A stretch of DNA of 64,000 nt from a virus: the IMG/VR virus record IMGVR_UViG_3300025087_000048, positions 1 through 64,000 of that record; one strand, written 5' to 3'. Below are positions 9,370 through 19,441 of this stretch, one piece after another. The position numbers and the translations under genes were made by a program. Each line of letters begins with the position of its first letter. Position 1 is the first letter of the stretch. The notes under the pieces are model-generated. The model worked only from the letters and a program-made list of their open reading frames with translations. It was not told the DNA's origin and ran no database searches.

Positions 9370-9586
9370 ATGCATATCCCTCACGTAGCATCATTGCAAA
9401 ACACGAAGGGCACCGACGCTCTGTTTTGACTTTGGACGCATGCTTATCCCCCCCTGGAGTTGGAATATATCGAAACATCCAGCCCTTTGGATGCCACGAA
9501 GACATGGTCTCACATTGTCCACAGGGCGCTTTTCGCGTTGTCCCCGCATGATACTCCTGCCATTCCACCCTTATAACTTGGCTCAC
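9344..9586 (-). CDS. Small zinc-finger protein
   Basis: CGQC...CPSC; GTGA overlap. Confidence 0.5.
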   Translation of the reverse strand: MSQVIRVEWQEYHAGTTRKAPCGQCETMSSWHPKGWMFRYIPTPGGDKHASKVKTERRCPSCFAMMLREGYAYGRERTAD

Positions 9587-12500
9587 GGGTTCACCTCGCT
9601 GGCTAACGTGGCCCACAGAGATGGAGGCGGACCAAACGCATATTCCGAAGTCCGTAACCCGACCGGCATCCGGGTCACCTGCCCTGGAGGCATCACACGC
9701 CGCATCTTGGCATTGCGAATCGCCTGCTGCCCAATATCATAGACGGGCCCAGGAAGAACATCCTTGTACCGTTCATTAAACTTTTCCATCTCCTGCATCG
9801 CTTCAACATGTCGGCCAACCGCAAGAAACTCTGCGGCTTTCCGCCGTGCTGCGCCCAAGTCCTGTTCCATCCCGGTCACCCTCTCGGCAGTATAGCGTTC
9901 CCGTTCACGGAACGCCGGAGGCATCCCAGCCGCCTGAAGCATGATCTGCTGCAAATCCACGGCATTTTTCGAAAGCATCCCGCCATCTGATGGCTGCAAT
10001 CCAAATGCTTCACTCATATCGAGTGCTTGACGAAACTGTCCATCATTCTGAACAAGCCGTAACGCTGTCATAATTCGGTTGAGTTGCACCCCACCCGGAA
10101 GAGACTGTGCGATCAACCCAGCTCGTTCCTGAGGAGACAGCGGACGGCCCGCCGTACTCATGTCAAATCCACGACCAGCTGATTTTCCCCACCCAAGTCC
10201 GAGCAACCCTTGAACATGCCCGAACGAAGGCCCTGGCAAATAGAACATCCACGAGTTTAAATCCTCGGCTCCAATTGTCCCGAGTCCCAATTGATGCTGC
10301 AATGAAACCCCGAACACCAATTCCGGAAGCCCAGGAACTGTCATCGCTCGCTTCCAGATGGACCGTGTCGCTTCTTCTTCCCCCCACTGTCCAAGCGGGA
10401 GCCCAGCTCCACCAGCCAGAATCAACGAGGGAACCCAGAATTTGATAAACGGTAATGTCCGATTCCACTCGCCCTTTGTCGCCCCTTGCTGAGCCTCTTC
10501 AAAGAGCCGGAGCATAAAATGGGTCTGGTTCAATCTGAATGTCTGAAACTGGCCAACCGTCCGCCAGATATCACCTCGAAACTTTGGAACCATATTCGCC
10601 CGTGAATGAATAAACTGTGTCTCATTCATCACCTTCCGGGCAAACTCAGTCAACTCACGTGGATCAACAATCCCCTGCGCTTCCCCTTCGCGCAATCCCG
10701 CGAGAAACGCATGCGTCTTATTTCCACGTTCCGATGCAGAGAACATCTTCCCGCTGACCCGCACCAACTTATCCCAAAACTTCCCGGCCCCTGTTGATTC
10801 GATAGATTCCTCAATCCCAAGTTTCCGCAGAACGTCAGCTTCAATATTCAATCCAGCTTTCTGTACCAGAGCCATTCGCTCAGGATTCCGTGTATCCGTT
10901 AGAGCCTGGAAAAATGCTGATGGACGGACCACGGCAAACGTATTCAATCGCTGCAATGTATTAACAAACGGCGACAGAATGGAGAACCCAATCGTGCGAA
11001 CAAACTGGACTTCTCGCATTCGTCGCCAGAATTCCGACGTTGGTTTTCCGGATGCCCCAAGCCAGTAGTTCACATGCTCAGCCATATACTGCTTGATTGC
11101 AGGGTCCTTGATCTCTGCAAGCGCAGCCTTTAATTCTGGCATAATTTCACGCACAGCCACATGACGACCATATTGCGTCGCATAGAGCTTCAACGTTTCC
11201 GCAAACGGAATATTCTGAGGATAATCCTCCGGCGTCATGATAGATCGACGTCGCGTCGAAACCGGAGCACGCGCCCGAATTAAGTCCTCAATAGGAACGG
11301 GCTGGTACCCAGTCCCTCGTTCGATCTGAAGTTCACCAGACGCCACAACACGTAACTTATCCCGATACACTGGAAGATAATTTGTCATCCGCTGCTCTGG
11401 ACGAATTACCCCGTCAGCAACGTACCTGGTAAACACTCGATCCATCACATCACGCAATTTCGAGACAGATTCCCCCACTGCCTCGGGGGCCTCTCGCTGC
11501 AACATTGAATAAAACTCCTCCTCCGGGCGCAACATATTTTGATAGAAAATTCGACTCACCTTTTTCATTGTCTCAGGAGCCCACTTCATTGCCCCTGGTA
11601 TCTCGTTAAAAAATGATTCCACAACACGAGCCTGTGTCCCATCCGCTCGTGTCAGCAAATTGATGATTCTCTCTCCCGCTGTTCCAGCAACAACCCAGCT
11701 CACAGGCAACCACCCTCGCTGCCCGAGTGCTTGAACAATCTTCGAGTTTGAGTACCCAGACGCCCGAAGCACAGGTGTCTCAGACGCAAGACGACCAGAC
11801 CCACCAGAAATTGGAGGAAGATTGGTAATCTCAGGGAATGGCACATCATTGGCGACTCGCACCGCCCGACTCACCGACGAAGGAAGGGTTTGACCCCTTC
11901 CACTTCGCAGAATTGAATATCCAGACTCAAGAACCTCAGGTCGCACAATATCTGGATTCACCAATGGATTCGCCACTGGGGTTACTCCAGGAGGGAACGT
12001 CGGAGATTCAAATGGTCCTTTCAATGCCTTCAGCACGCGCCCAGGTCCAGCCAACGCCCGCCCAACCAGACGTTGCCGTTCTGACTCTGTCACCCCGTAT
12101 CGAAGTGCGAGATTGAGCGGAGCTGGAACCGATCCAGGAGTCGGAGGATTCCATGGAGTTGGCGCAACAGGTAACCCCTTCCGACTCAGTAATTCTCCAA
12201 GTAACGAACGCGCTTCAGCCGCAGCCAAGTTCGTTGACATTCCCATTGACTTCAAAAACATTGACACCTGTTCATCAGACATCTGACCCACCATCGTACG
12301 AACGGCTTCATTCGAAATCATGGGGGCTTTTGCAATCCCGACCCGCTCGAGCATCTGCTCCGCTTGACTGACCCCTCCGCCACCCCGCCCGAAGGGGAGT
12401 TGCGTTTGTCCAACCGCAGGTCCCTTGCCAAACACCTTTGAATAATCCTGTGCCGTTGGACCAAATACTGCCAGCGGATCTCCCGCCGTTGAAACTCCCG

Positions 12501-13485
12501 CTTGCACTTGACGCAATGCAAGATCCTCAGGACCACCAAGGGCCGGTGGTTTCAAAGACATCCCCCGTGCCAATTCCCCTGATTGTCCAAACTGTCGAAG
12601 GGCCTCGAGATCAGCAGCCTCTGGAGGGACACTCGCTTGCACCCGGCGCAACGCGGCAAGATCATCCTCCTGGATTGGACCAGTCGGAGGATGCACCGCA
12701 CCTGACCGTCGCTCCAGATAATCTATTCGATTCTGAAGGGTCCGCTTGTAGAGCTGCCAATCCTTCTTAATCCGCTTATTCGGCGCATTCGCAATCTGCG
12801 CCGTCACATCCGCCATCTCTAAACGAATTGCACGCAATGCCTCTGTTGCCGTTTTAGAAGAATCCTGAATCAACTGTTCCGTTGCCCCAATAACCCCAGG
12901 TGCTGGGGATAAAATATCTGTAGCCCGTGTTCCGGCTGTTCCAGCCGCTCCCCGCCATTTCACCCCGGCAATGCGAGCCCCAGCTGCGCCAAGCCCTGCC
13001 CCCAGAAGCGTCTGTATGACTGTTCCTGGTAGGGTACGAGCCTCTGGCTCCACAAGTTCCGGCAGCGTGGCTCCTGCGGCCCCTGAGAGGGCATAGGTAC
13101 TCAGCCGACCAGCATCAGAAAGGGCTTTTGGCAGGGCTCCGAACCCCGGCTTCAACATCGTGGTTGCAGCCGCCCCTGGTCGCACTCCAGCCGCAAGCAG
13201 TTTCGGGAAGATAGCCCCTGCCCCAGCCACCCCCATCCCTGCGGCACGAGTCAGCGGAGTAAACCCAACTCCCATCCCGGCAAGACTTGACAGAGTTTCT
13301 GGCCACCCCCCGGGGCCAGCTTCCTCATACGGGCGTAGCCCCAAGGGTTTGTCAAGACCAAATGAAACACCAGATGAAAACCCGCGAGCAATCTGCTGCC
13401 ATGTCGAAGCCCCTGGAGGGGCCGTCGGAACCTGCCCCGGCAAGGGACCAAACACTGCGAGATAATCATCCTGATCAAGAAGCAT
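9583..13485 (-). CDS. Large internal virion/DNA ejection protein, 1300 aa
   Basis: Size, helical Ala/Gly-rich composition, and position after the nozzle genes in podoviral order. Confidence 0.65.
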   Translation of the reverse strand: MLLDQDDYLAVFGPLPGQVPTAPPGASTWQQIARGFSSGVSFGLDKPLGLRPYEEAGPGGWPETLSSLAGMGVGFTPLTRAAGMGVAGAGAIFPKLLAAGVRPGAAATTMLKPGFGALPKALSDAGRLSTYALSGAAGATLPELVEPEARTLPGTVIQTLLGAGLGAAGARIAGVKWRGAAGTAGTRATDILSPAPGVIGATEQLIQDSSKTATEALRAIRLEMADVTAQIANAPNKRIKKDWQLYKRTLQNRIDYLERRSGAVHPPTGPIQEDDLAALRRVQASVPPEAADLEALRQFGQSGELARGMSLKPPALGGPEDLALRQVQAGVSTAGDPLAVFGPTAQDYSKVFGKGPAVGQTQLPFGRGGGGVSQAEQMLERVGIAKAPMISNEAVRTMVGQMSDEQVSMFLKSMGMSTNLAAAEARSLLGELLSRKGLPVAPTPWNPPTPGSVPAPLNLALRYGVTESERQRLVGRALAGPGRVLKALKGPFESPTFPPGVTPVANPLVNPDIVRPEVLESGYSILRSGRGQTLPSSVSRAVRVANDVPFPEITNLPPISGGSGRLASETPVLRASGYSNSKIVQALGQRGWLPVSWVVAGTAGERIINLLTRADGTQARVVESFFNEIPGAMKWAPETMKKVSRIFYQNMLRPEEEFYSMLQREAPEAVGESVSKLRDVMDRVFTRYVADGVIRPEQRMTNYLPVYRDKLRVVASGELQIERGTGYQPVPIEDLIRARAPVSTRRRSIMTPEDYPQNIPFAETLKLYATQYGRHVAVREIMPELKAALAEIKDPAIKQYMAEHVNYWLGASGKPTSEFWRRMREVQFVRTIGFSILSPFVNTLQRLNTFAVVRPSAFFQALTDTRNPERMALVQKAGLNIEADVLRKLGIEESIESTGAGKFWDKLVRVSGKMFSASERGNKTHAFLAGLREGEAQGIVDPRELTEFARKVMNETQFIHSRANMVPKFRGDIWRTVGQFQTFRLNQTHFMLRLFEEAQQGATKGEWNRTLPFIKFWVPSLILAGGAGLPLGQWGEEEATRSIWKRAMTVPGLPELVFGVSLQHQLGLGTIGAEDLNSWMFYLPGPSFGHVQGLLGLGWGKSAGRGFDMSTAGRPLSPQERAGLIAQSLPGGVQLNRIMTALRLVQNDGQFRQALDMSEAFGLQPSDGGMLSKNAVDLQQIMLQAAGMPPAFRERERYTAERVTGMEQDLGAARRKAAEFLAVGRHVEAMQEMEKFNERYKDVLPGPVYDIGQQAIRNAKMRRVMPPGQVTRMPVGLRTSEYAFGPPPSLWATLASEVNP

Positions 13486-13486
13486 C

Positions 13487-15517
13487 TTACGGACCCATCG
13501 CCCCTACGGGAGCCGGAGGAGTCAACGAACGTGCCGCAATCGTCGCATCCACTTGCGCCTTTCGCCGTAAAAGCTCTTGATTCATTCTCATCAGCACATC
13601 CCGCTGCTGATTCGGACGTAACTGCTGCCACGTTTTTCCTCGATATGCAGGAACCGCCACCATCACTTCATCCCGAATCGTGTTCACCTGTTCTGGTGAC
13701 GGAGATGGTGGCCCTTGATACGGCAGAGGTTCAGTCTGTTCCCATGGAGCGAGCGTCGGACTGAGACGCCCACGTTCGCTCATCACTGGTTCTTTTGAAA
13801 ACCTCGGACCTCCCTGCTGAACTTCCGTGCTCTTCCCCTCTACCCTGGGGGGTTGAATCGACGCCTGTACTTGCCGCTTCGCCTCAGCAATCATCGTCAA
13901 CGCCTGCTGCTTCACTTGTGGTCCATATTCATATGATGTCGGATCATCTAATCCTGGCTTGCTATTAAGACGTTGTTCCATAATCGCAAGACGCTGCAAC
14001 TTTGTCGCAGGAGGCTCGTTTAATTGCATGACATCAGCAATATTCCGCCCAAGTCCCCGGATATCAAGGGTCGCCAATGTCCCAGGCAGATACTTTTGAA
14101 AGTGCCCACGCTTTGCTATTTCATACGTATTTCGTAACTCCTGATACCGTTGTTCGGCGGGGAGCAGCACGTTCTTTTTATACACATCAGACACTTCGCC
14201 TTCCGTCGTCGCAGTCGGAGAAACCTTCCAACCCGCTGCCTGAGTAATGGCAGCCTTATCTTGCGCCATTGTCCACACTTGCTGCGCCTGTGCCAAATCA
14301 TCCGATGTCGATGCCACTAAACGCCACGACTGTTCCTGTTCCGCAAGATTCTGCCGCCATCGCTGATCTGTCGTCTGCGCTTTTATTTGCTCCTGTTTCT
14401 GCTGGAACTCCATCGCCTTCTCTTGGAACGTATCAACTTCACGCCGAACCATCGGCCAATATTCTTTGGCTTGCATCGCCTGATATGTTGCAACACTCAG
14501 AGGTTTCCACGCGGCTTTTGAATCTGCATACACAGGAAAATCGTTCATCAGCAACCCCACCGCGACCATATTTTCCGCATTCGCAAGGATCTCTGGACTC
14601 AGCGGCTGACCAACATCGGCAAGCCCTCGTAATGCCGATGTGAATTTACGCATATTCACACCCTGAGCATCTCCGCGCTTCTCAAACGCATCGAGTGCAC
14701 GATGATTCGTGGCAATCTGATCCTTTTCTTTTTCCTTTGCCACGAGCAAAGCACTGAGAGTTTGGCGATCCGTTGCCGGATCATCAAACAACGGAAGACC
14801 CTTCTCCTCTGCCATCTTCCGTGCCGACACACGAAATCGCTGATCTATAGACATAGCCTGCATCAATCGTGTTGTGTCTGGATTCATGTCTCCAATAAGT
14901 GACATCAGTACCTTCGATGCTTCGTCATCCAGAGGATTTGCGGCAACACGCTCCATCGCTTGCAGCCCAATTTGAGTCCGCTGTCGTTGTCGAACGCCTT
15001 CCGTCTCGGCCCGCTGCCGCGCATACTGCGCCATCATTGGCCCAGGCGTGGCTCCAGTTGCCCCACGGAAATATACCTCACGTTGCTTTGGTGACATCGC
15101 CATCAGCGTCTGAGCCGACGTCTCCGCAGGCTTCGCCAACTCAGTTGCCTGTTGTGTAAACGAAATCGGCAACGTCGCCCGCTCCGGCAATGTTGGAGCC
15201 CCCTGAGCCTCGCCCATCGCCCACGGCACATTCGGTTCCGAATATGGAACTTCACTCCCCTTTGGCATCTGCTGTTGGGACGCGGCGCGTTGCGCCATCC
15301 ACGTCATCAAATCCTGATTCTCTTTTTTCTGCTGCAACCCGCCATACATCTGACCAAATCCAGAAAGCGCATTCCGAATATCAATGGTTGACCGTTGCGG
15401 ACCGTACAACGTATTCCGAGTATGCGTAATGTTCGGCGCAAGCAACCCTGCGATTTGCAGAGCCAGAGCGGGGTCCTGCCATGCCTTCTGTGCAACTGAC
15501 GTATCGAATTCACTCAT
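13487..15517 (-). CDS. Internal virion/ejection protein, 676 aa
   Basis: Gln/Ala-rich and helical; synteny. Confidence 0.6.
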   Translation of the reverse strand: MSEFDTSVAQKAWQDPALALQIAGLLAPNITHTRNTLYGPQRSTIDIRNALSGFGQMYGGLQQKKENQDLMTWMAQRAASQQQMPKGSEVPYSEPNVPWAMGEAQGAPTLPERATLPISFTQQATELAKPAETSAQTLMAMSPKQREVYFRGATGATPGPMMAQYARQRAETEGVRQRQRTQIGLQAMERVAANPLDDEASKVLMSLIGDMNPDTTRLMQAMSIDQRFRVSARKMAEEKGLPLFDDPATDRQTLSALLVAKEKEKDQIATNHRALDAFEKRGDAQGVNMRKFTSALRGLADVGQPLSPEILANAENMVAVGLLMNDFPVYADSKAAWKPLSVATYQAMQAKEYWPMVRREVDTFQEKAMEFQQKQEQIKAQTTDQRWRQNLAEQEQSWRLVASTSDDLAQAQQVWTMAQDKAAITQAAGWKVSPTATTEGEVSDVYKKNVLLPAEQRYQELRNTYEIAKRGHFQKYLPGTLATLDIRGLGRNIADVMQLNEPPATKLQRLAIMEQRLNSKPGLDDPTSYEYGPQVKQQALTMIAEAKRQVQASIQPPRVEGKSTEVQQGGPRFSKEPVMSERGRLSPTLAPWEQTEPLPYQGPPSPSPEQVNTIRDEVMVAVPAYRGKTWQQLRPNQQRDVLMRMNQELLRRKAQVDATIAARSLTPPAPVGAMGP

Positions 15518-15532
15518 GCATGAATCCTCACG

Positions 15533-15778
15533 TTAAAACTGTCGATCAGATCCTGACTGTTTCTGTTGCATCACCTTTAACAATTCAACCATGGCAGGAG
15601 ACACGCCACCAGACAACCCGCTATCCTGCAACACTGACCCACCCATCGCCGGAGAACCACCGCCTGACTGAAACATATCCGGTGACATTGCCGGAGCTCC
15701 AGTGGACGGATTCTTCTTCAAATATTGCGCAAGCAATAGAGCAAGCGTCCCGTACGTCCCAGCGTTACCTTCACCCAT
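15533..15778 (-). CDS. Small Gly/Met-rich virion protein
   Basis: Coupled ORF in the ejection cluster. Confidence 0.5.
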   Translation of the reverse strand: MGEGNAGTYGTLALLLAQYLKKNPSTGAPAMSPDMFQSGGGSPAMGGSVLQDSGLSGGVSPAMVELLKVMQQKQSGSDRQF

Positions 15779-16349
15779 TTACCCCTCCGGAAGATTGACC
15801 GGACAGAGCGAGATACCCGGGGAACCGAGCTGCAAGCAACTGTGAAATCTGCTCAGCCGACGATGGCCTTGAATATGCCCCAGGTGGCCCAAGCAAGTAT
15901 CGAGATCCTCCACGCTGAGGAGGTGGAGCCCCCACAGATGGTAAATTTGGAAGCGGACGCATCTGCTGAGCCTGCCGTTCAGCCCGTCCCTCCGCAACAT
16001 TCTTTGCCACAGCCTGCGACGCATAATCAAACCCAGTCGAACTCGAACGAGGAGCCCCCTTTGCCAACGTCTCTTTCTCAGACTTTGATACAGAAAGAGG
16101 CTCTCCAAATTCCCCGTACGGCGTCTGTTTCACCGATTCCTGTGACTGCAATGCCTGCGTAAATGCGTCCTGACGTTGTGGACGCATTCCATATTCCAAC
16201 ATCGCCGCTGCCACAGGAGCTGCACTGCCGATCGCCCGTGGACCACCAGCCAGTGAATTCACAACCCCCATCCAACGCATCGCAGCATCCGGATTCTCCG
16301 ACACGTACGATCCTAATGCCGCTGGCATCCCTTGAATTGTCTCTCCCAT
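15771..16349 (-). CDS. Putative internal virion protein
   Basis: Synteny; start after the upstream stop. Confidence 0.5.
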   Translation of the reverse strand: MGETIQGMPAALGSYVSENPDAAMRWMGVVNSLAGGPRAIGSAAPVAAAMLEYGMRPQRQDAFTQALQSQESVKQTPYGEFGEPLSVSKSEKETLAKGAPRSSSTGFDYASQAVAKNVAEGRAERQAQQMRPLPNLPSVGAPPPQRGGSRYLLGPPGAYSRPSSAEQISQLLAARFPGYLALSGQSSGGVNG

Positions 16350-16354
16350 AATTT

Positions 16355-17503
16355 TTATTTCCCCAGTGACCATCCACCACCAGAGACATCACGTTCTGTC
16401 GTCACTTGCGACGGCACATTCGATGATTGTGCAAACGACCCAAAGGGATTCACAAACCCAAGTGCCATTTCTCGATTTCTCAAATATGCGTCCATCAATG
16501 ATTGATTTTGTGCCAATTCAATTTGCCGTTGCTGATTTCCGGCGGTCATCATCTCGTTAATACTTTGAATAGGACGTTGCCCTTCCTGAAATCCAATTTG
16601 CCTCAACTCAGGCACCATCGACACCGTCGCCTGAAGCTGCCGCATCTGCGCCTCAGTCTGAAGAGCCTGCTCATTCTGACCCAAGGACATGTACGTATCC
16701 CGTAAATTCTGGAGCGCACGAAGTTGCTGATCCAACGCCGCCGTCCCACCCGACAAAAGCGCATTCCCGGCCCCTGCTTGAAGCCCCCCCTGCTGAATAC
16801 CCCCCTGAAGGAGTGCCTGACCCGCCTGCTGAGACTGCTGCAATCCCTGCATATACAACGGAGTCAACGCATTGGCGTACGTTCGACCCACTTCTTCCGG
16901 AAGAAATCCAGATTGAGCCAATCCGGCTTTTGCTGCCGCATTCTGCACTTGCGGAAGGATCTGCCCTTCAATCTCGCGCAACGCATTCTGAACAGCCGGG
17001 GACGTTCCAAATGCATCTGGAGACGTAAACTGTGTCAGAGCATTCGCCCCCGCATATGTCATCGGCCCAGGGGCCATCGCCGATTGCAACCCTGCCACAC
17101 CAGACTGAGCAAAAGGCAACAGACTTTGACCCTGTTGAGCAATCTGACCCGCCGTAGAAAGACCACCGGACATCCACGGACTCACCTGGACCTGCGTTCC
17201 CGCCGCTCCTGGCAACGCCGACGCATATGCCCCAGCCGTCTGTTCCGATGGTGGAGTTGGAATTCCGTAATATCCACGATTGGCAATCTGCTGCGATGCA
17301 AACATTTCCAAAGGTGATTGTCCGGGTATTGTCAATCCCGCCCCGCCAGTAAAATTGCCTAACCATAAATTCGGATCATCAAGCGTCCCACGAGCAATCT
17401 CACCAACCCGCTGAACATACGGCTGCAACTCAGGGATTACACGCGCCCCACCTCCACCCGTCGTATTGACAACTGTCCGCTCGGTATCATCCCCGCCCAT
17501 CAT
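16355..17503 (-). CDS. Putative pilot/ejection protein (Gln/Gly/Ala-rich)
   Basis: N-terminus MMGGDDTERTVVNTT is typical of podoviral pilot proteins; GGAGG SD. Confidence 0.6.
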   Translation of the reverse strand: MMGGDDTERTVVNTTGGGGARVIPELQPYVQRVGEIARGTLDDPNLWLGNFTGGAGLTIPGQSPLEMFASQQIANRGYYGIPTPPSEQTAGAYASALPGAAGTQVQVSPWMSGGLSTAGQIAQQGQSLLPFAQSGVAGLQSAMAPGPMTYAGANALTQFTSPDAFGTSPAVQNALREIEGQILPQVQNAAAKAGLAQSGFLPEEVGRTYANALTPLYMQGLQQSQQAGQALLQGGIQQGGLQAGAGNALLSGGTAALDQQLRALQNLRDTYMSLGQNEQALQTEAQMRQLQATVSMVPELRQIGFQEGQRPIQSINEMMTAGNQQRQIELAQNQSLMDAYLRNREMALGFVNPFGSFAQSSNVPSQVTTERDVSGGGWSLGK

Positions 17504-18543
17504 TTTCCTCCTTGGGAGGCTCGCATGCTTGGAGGAACAGGACCCTGGTACCCTTGTGAACGAGGCGTCGTCGTAAACGGCGTCGCCCCCGCATAACCAG
17601 AATAACCTTGCCAATTGCCCTGCTGCGGGGGCGACTGTTGCCCCAAGGAATCATAACCATACGACGCTACGCCTTGTGACGGACCACTGCCAGATGGCGT
17701 AATTCCTGTACCAGTTCCAAGCCGTTGTAGCGTTGGCTGACGAGATTGACCTTGAGGTCCAGCCCCCTCGACCCAGCCGTATCCTGCCGGTGCCGGATAT
17801 GGGGGCTGAGGATTCGTGCCGTACCCCGGCAGGAATCCTTGAAGGCTCTGCCCACCCCCCTGCGCCAGCGCCTGAAGTTGCTGCGCGGTCATCGGCAAGC
17901 CGCCAGCGTTGCGGCCCGGCTGGCCCATCGCGTCATACTGCTGGCCGGCCTGCTGGGGCTGGTCGCCGCTCGGCGCGGAGAGATACCCGCCGCCGGAGCC
18001 GGGCACCGCAGGCCAGGTCTGCCGTGTAGGCGCTGCCGGTTCTTGCCTTATATTCTGAAAATAAGGGGTAGAACCAATAGTGTTTGGCGGATTCGGTGTC
18101 CCGGTTGACCTGTATAATCCAGTGCTCTCATCAAAATCTGTAGACCCGCCGGGTGCACCTATAGAATCTCTGGGCACACTCGATGGAGCCACACCAAATA
18201 CCCGCCGGCCAATCTTGGGATCTTGATACCACGTTCGGCCCCAAACATCTGGCCCCGGAGGAGGCGATCCTCTCATCCCAAACGCGTTGATGAATCCAGG
18301 AAGAACCCCTTGATTTGTTGTACCACCGGGCCCGCTGAACGGAGCGATACCGGTCGTCGGCGTACCCATATTGGGCGCAACACGTGGCTGTTGATTCCAG
18401 TACATCGGATTCGATGGCTGTCCTTGTACCCGAGCCTCTTTACCAGCCGAAGAAGGCCACCCAGATCGGTATGCTTGACTCAAATACGGTGCTAGTGCCG
18501 ACCCGAGTTGCCCACTCATGTACATTCCTCCCTGCGTGAACAT
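17500..18543 (-). CDS. Gly/Gln/Pro-rich low-complexity virion protein
   Basis: 347-aa ORF in the structural block. Confidence 0.55.
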   Translation of the reverse strand: MFTQGGMYMSGQLGSALAPYLSQAYRSGWPSSAGKEARVQGQPSNPMYWNQQPRVAPNMGTPTTGIAPFSGPGGTTNQGVLPGFINAFGMRGSPPPGPDVWGRTWYQDPKIGRRVFGVAPSSVPRDSIGAPGGSTDFDESTGLYRSTGTPNPPNTIGSTPYFQNIRQEPAAPTRQTWPAVPGSGGGYLSAPSGDQPQQAGQQYDAMGQPGRNAGGLPMTAQQLQALAQGGGQSLQGFLPGYGTNPQPPYPAPAGYGWVEGAGPQGQSRQPTLQRLGTGTGITPSGSGPSQGVASYGYDSLGQQSPPQQGNWQGYSGYAGATPFTTTPRSQGYQGPVPPSMRASQGGK

Positions 18544-18567
18544 CGCCCCGACATTATCCTAACACAA

Positions 18568-19032
18568 TCACTCCTTTGGCAGCGAGAACTTCATCAATGT
18601 TTTATGCTGTGTAAACCCCCACCGCCTCGCCATCGCCTGAGACGACCGATGTGTCACCATCACGAGCCGTGATAATCCCAATGATTTTGTCCATTGTTTC
18701 ACCAATTCAAAACCTTGTTCCGCAGTTTTACGCAAGTCAACCCCTTTATCCGCTTCGACTTGACGAATCAATACATACCGATGCTGCGGAATCTCAATGG
18801 GCTCTGGGGTCGCCAGCATATGCCCAACCAATTCACGTTGATCTTTCACGGCAATCCATAATCCAAGACGATAATCGCCCATCATGAACCAGAGGCGAAC
18901 CAAATCTTGTGCCTCTTGTGGCAATGTCTCCGTATCCATTTTTGTACAAAACGCACCAACCCGATGAAGCACGTAGGGCATCCACGCCCACGCAAGGGGC
19001 ACCTCTCGATGCATGTGAATAATTTCAATCAT
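18568..19032 (-). CDS. GNAT-fold/acetyltransferase-like virion assembly protein
   Basis: C-terminal W.K..G.....T.R....MARRWGF pattern; position typical of podoviral acetyltransferase-like genes. Confidence 0.55.
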   Translation of the reverse strand: MIEIIHMHREVPLAWAWMPYVLHRVGAFCTKMDTETLPQEAQDLVRLWFMMGDYRLGLWIAVKDQRELVGHMLATPEPIEIPQHRYVLIRQVEADKGVDLRKTAEQGFELVKQWTKSLGLSRLVMVTHRSSQAMARRWGFTQHKTLMKFSLPKE

Positions 19033-19033
19033 A

Positions 19034-19441
19034 TCAACGCAGCAAACACAAATCGAGAAGGTGGCCAGACGGCACGGCTGGAGAAAACGTAAATTGTATC
19101 CCGGTAGTTGTCCTCGTCTGCTTCGTCATGACCATTCCGGTTGATACGTTTGGACTATACAAGATCATATACGACGCATCCGGCTCAATATTTGCAAAGG
19201 ACCACCAAATAGACGTCTGATTCCCGATCCCGAGTGACCCGTACGTAAAATTCTGAGATATGACACCACTGCTCGATAACCCATGAACCCCCAGCATTCC
19301 TTGAGCATTCGTGACAACTCGTGTAATAAACGTGTTAATAGATTGATCAAGCGCGCCTAAGTATTTAATAATATCTGCAATATCGGACCCTGGGCCCAGG
19401 CGTGGAGGCGTCTGGGGTCGAAGTGGAACGCCTGTAAGCAT
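19034..19441 (-). CDS. Putative tail-associated protein
   Basis: TAATG coupling to the nozzle gene; beta-rich C-terminus. Confidence 0.55.
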   Translation of the reverse strand: MLTGVPLRPQTPPRLGPGSDIADIIKYLGALDQSINTFITRVVTNAQGMLGVHGLSSSGVISQNFTYGSLGIGNQTSIWWSFANIEPDASYMILYSPNVSTGMVMTKQTRTTTGIQFTFSPAVPSGHLLDLCLLR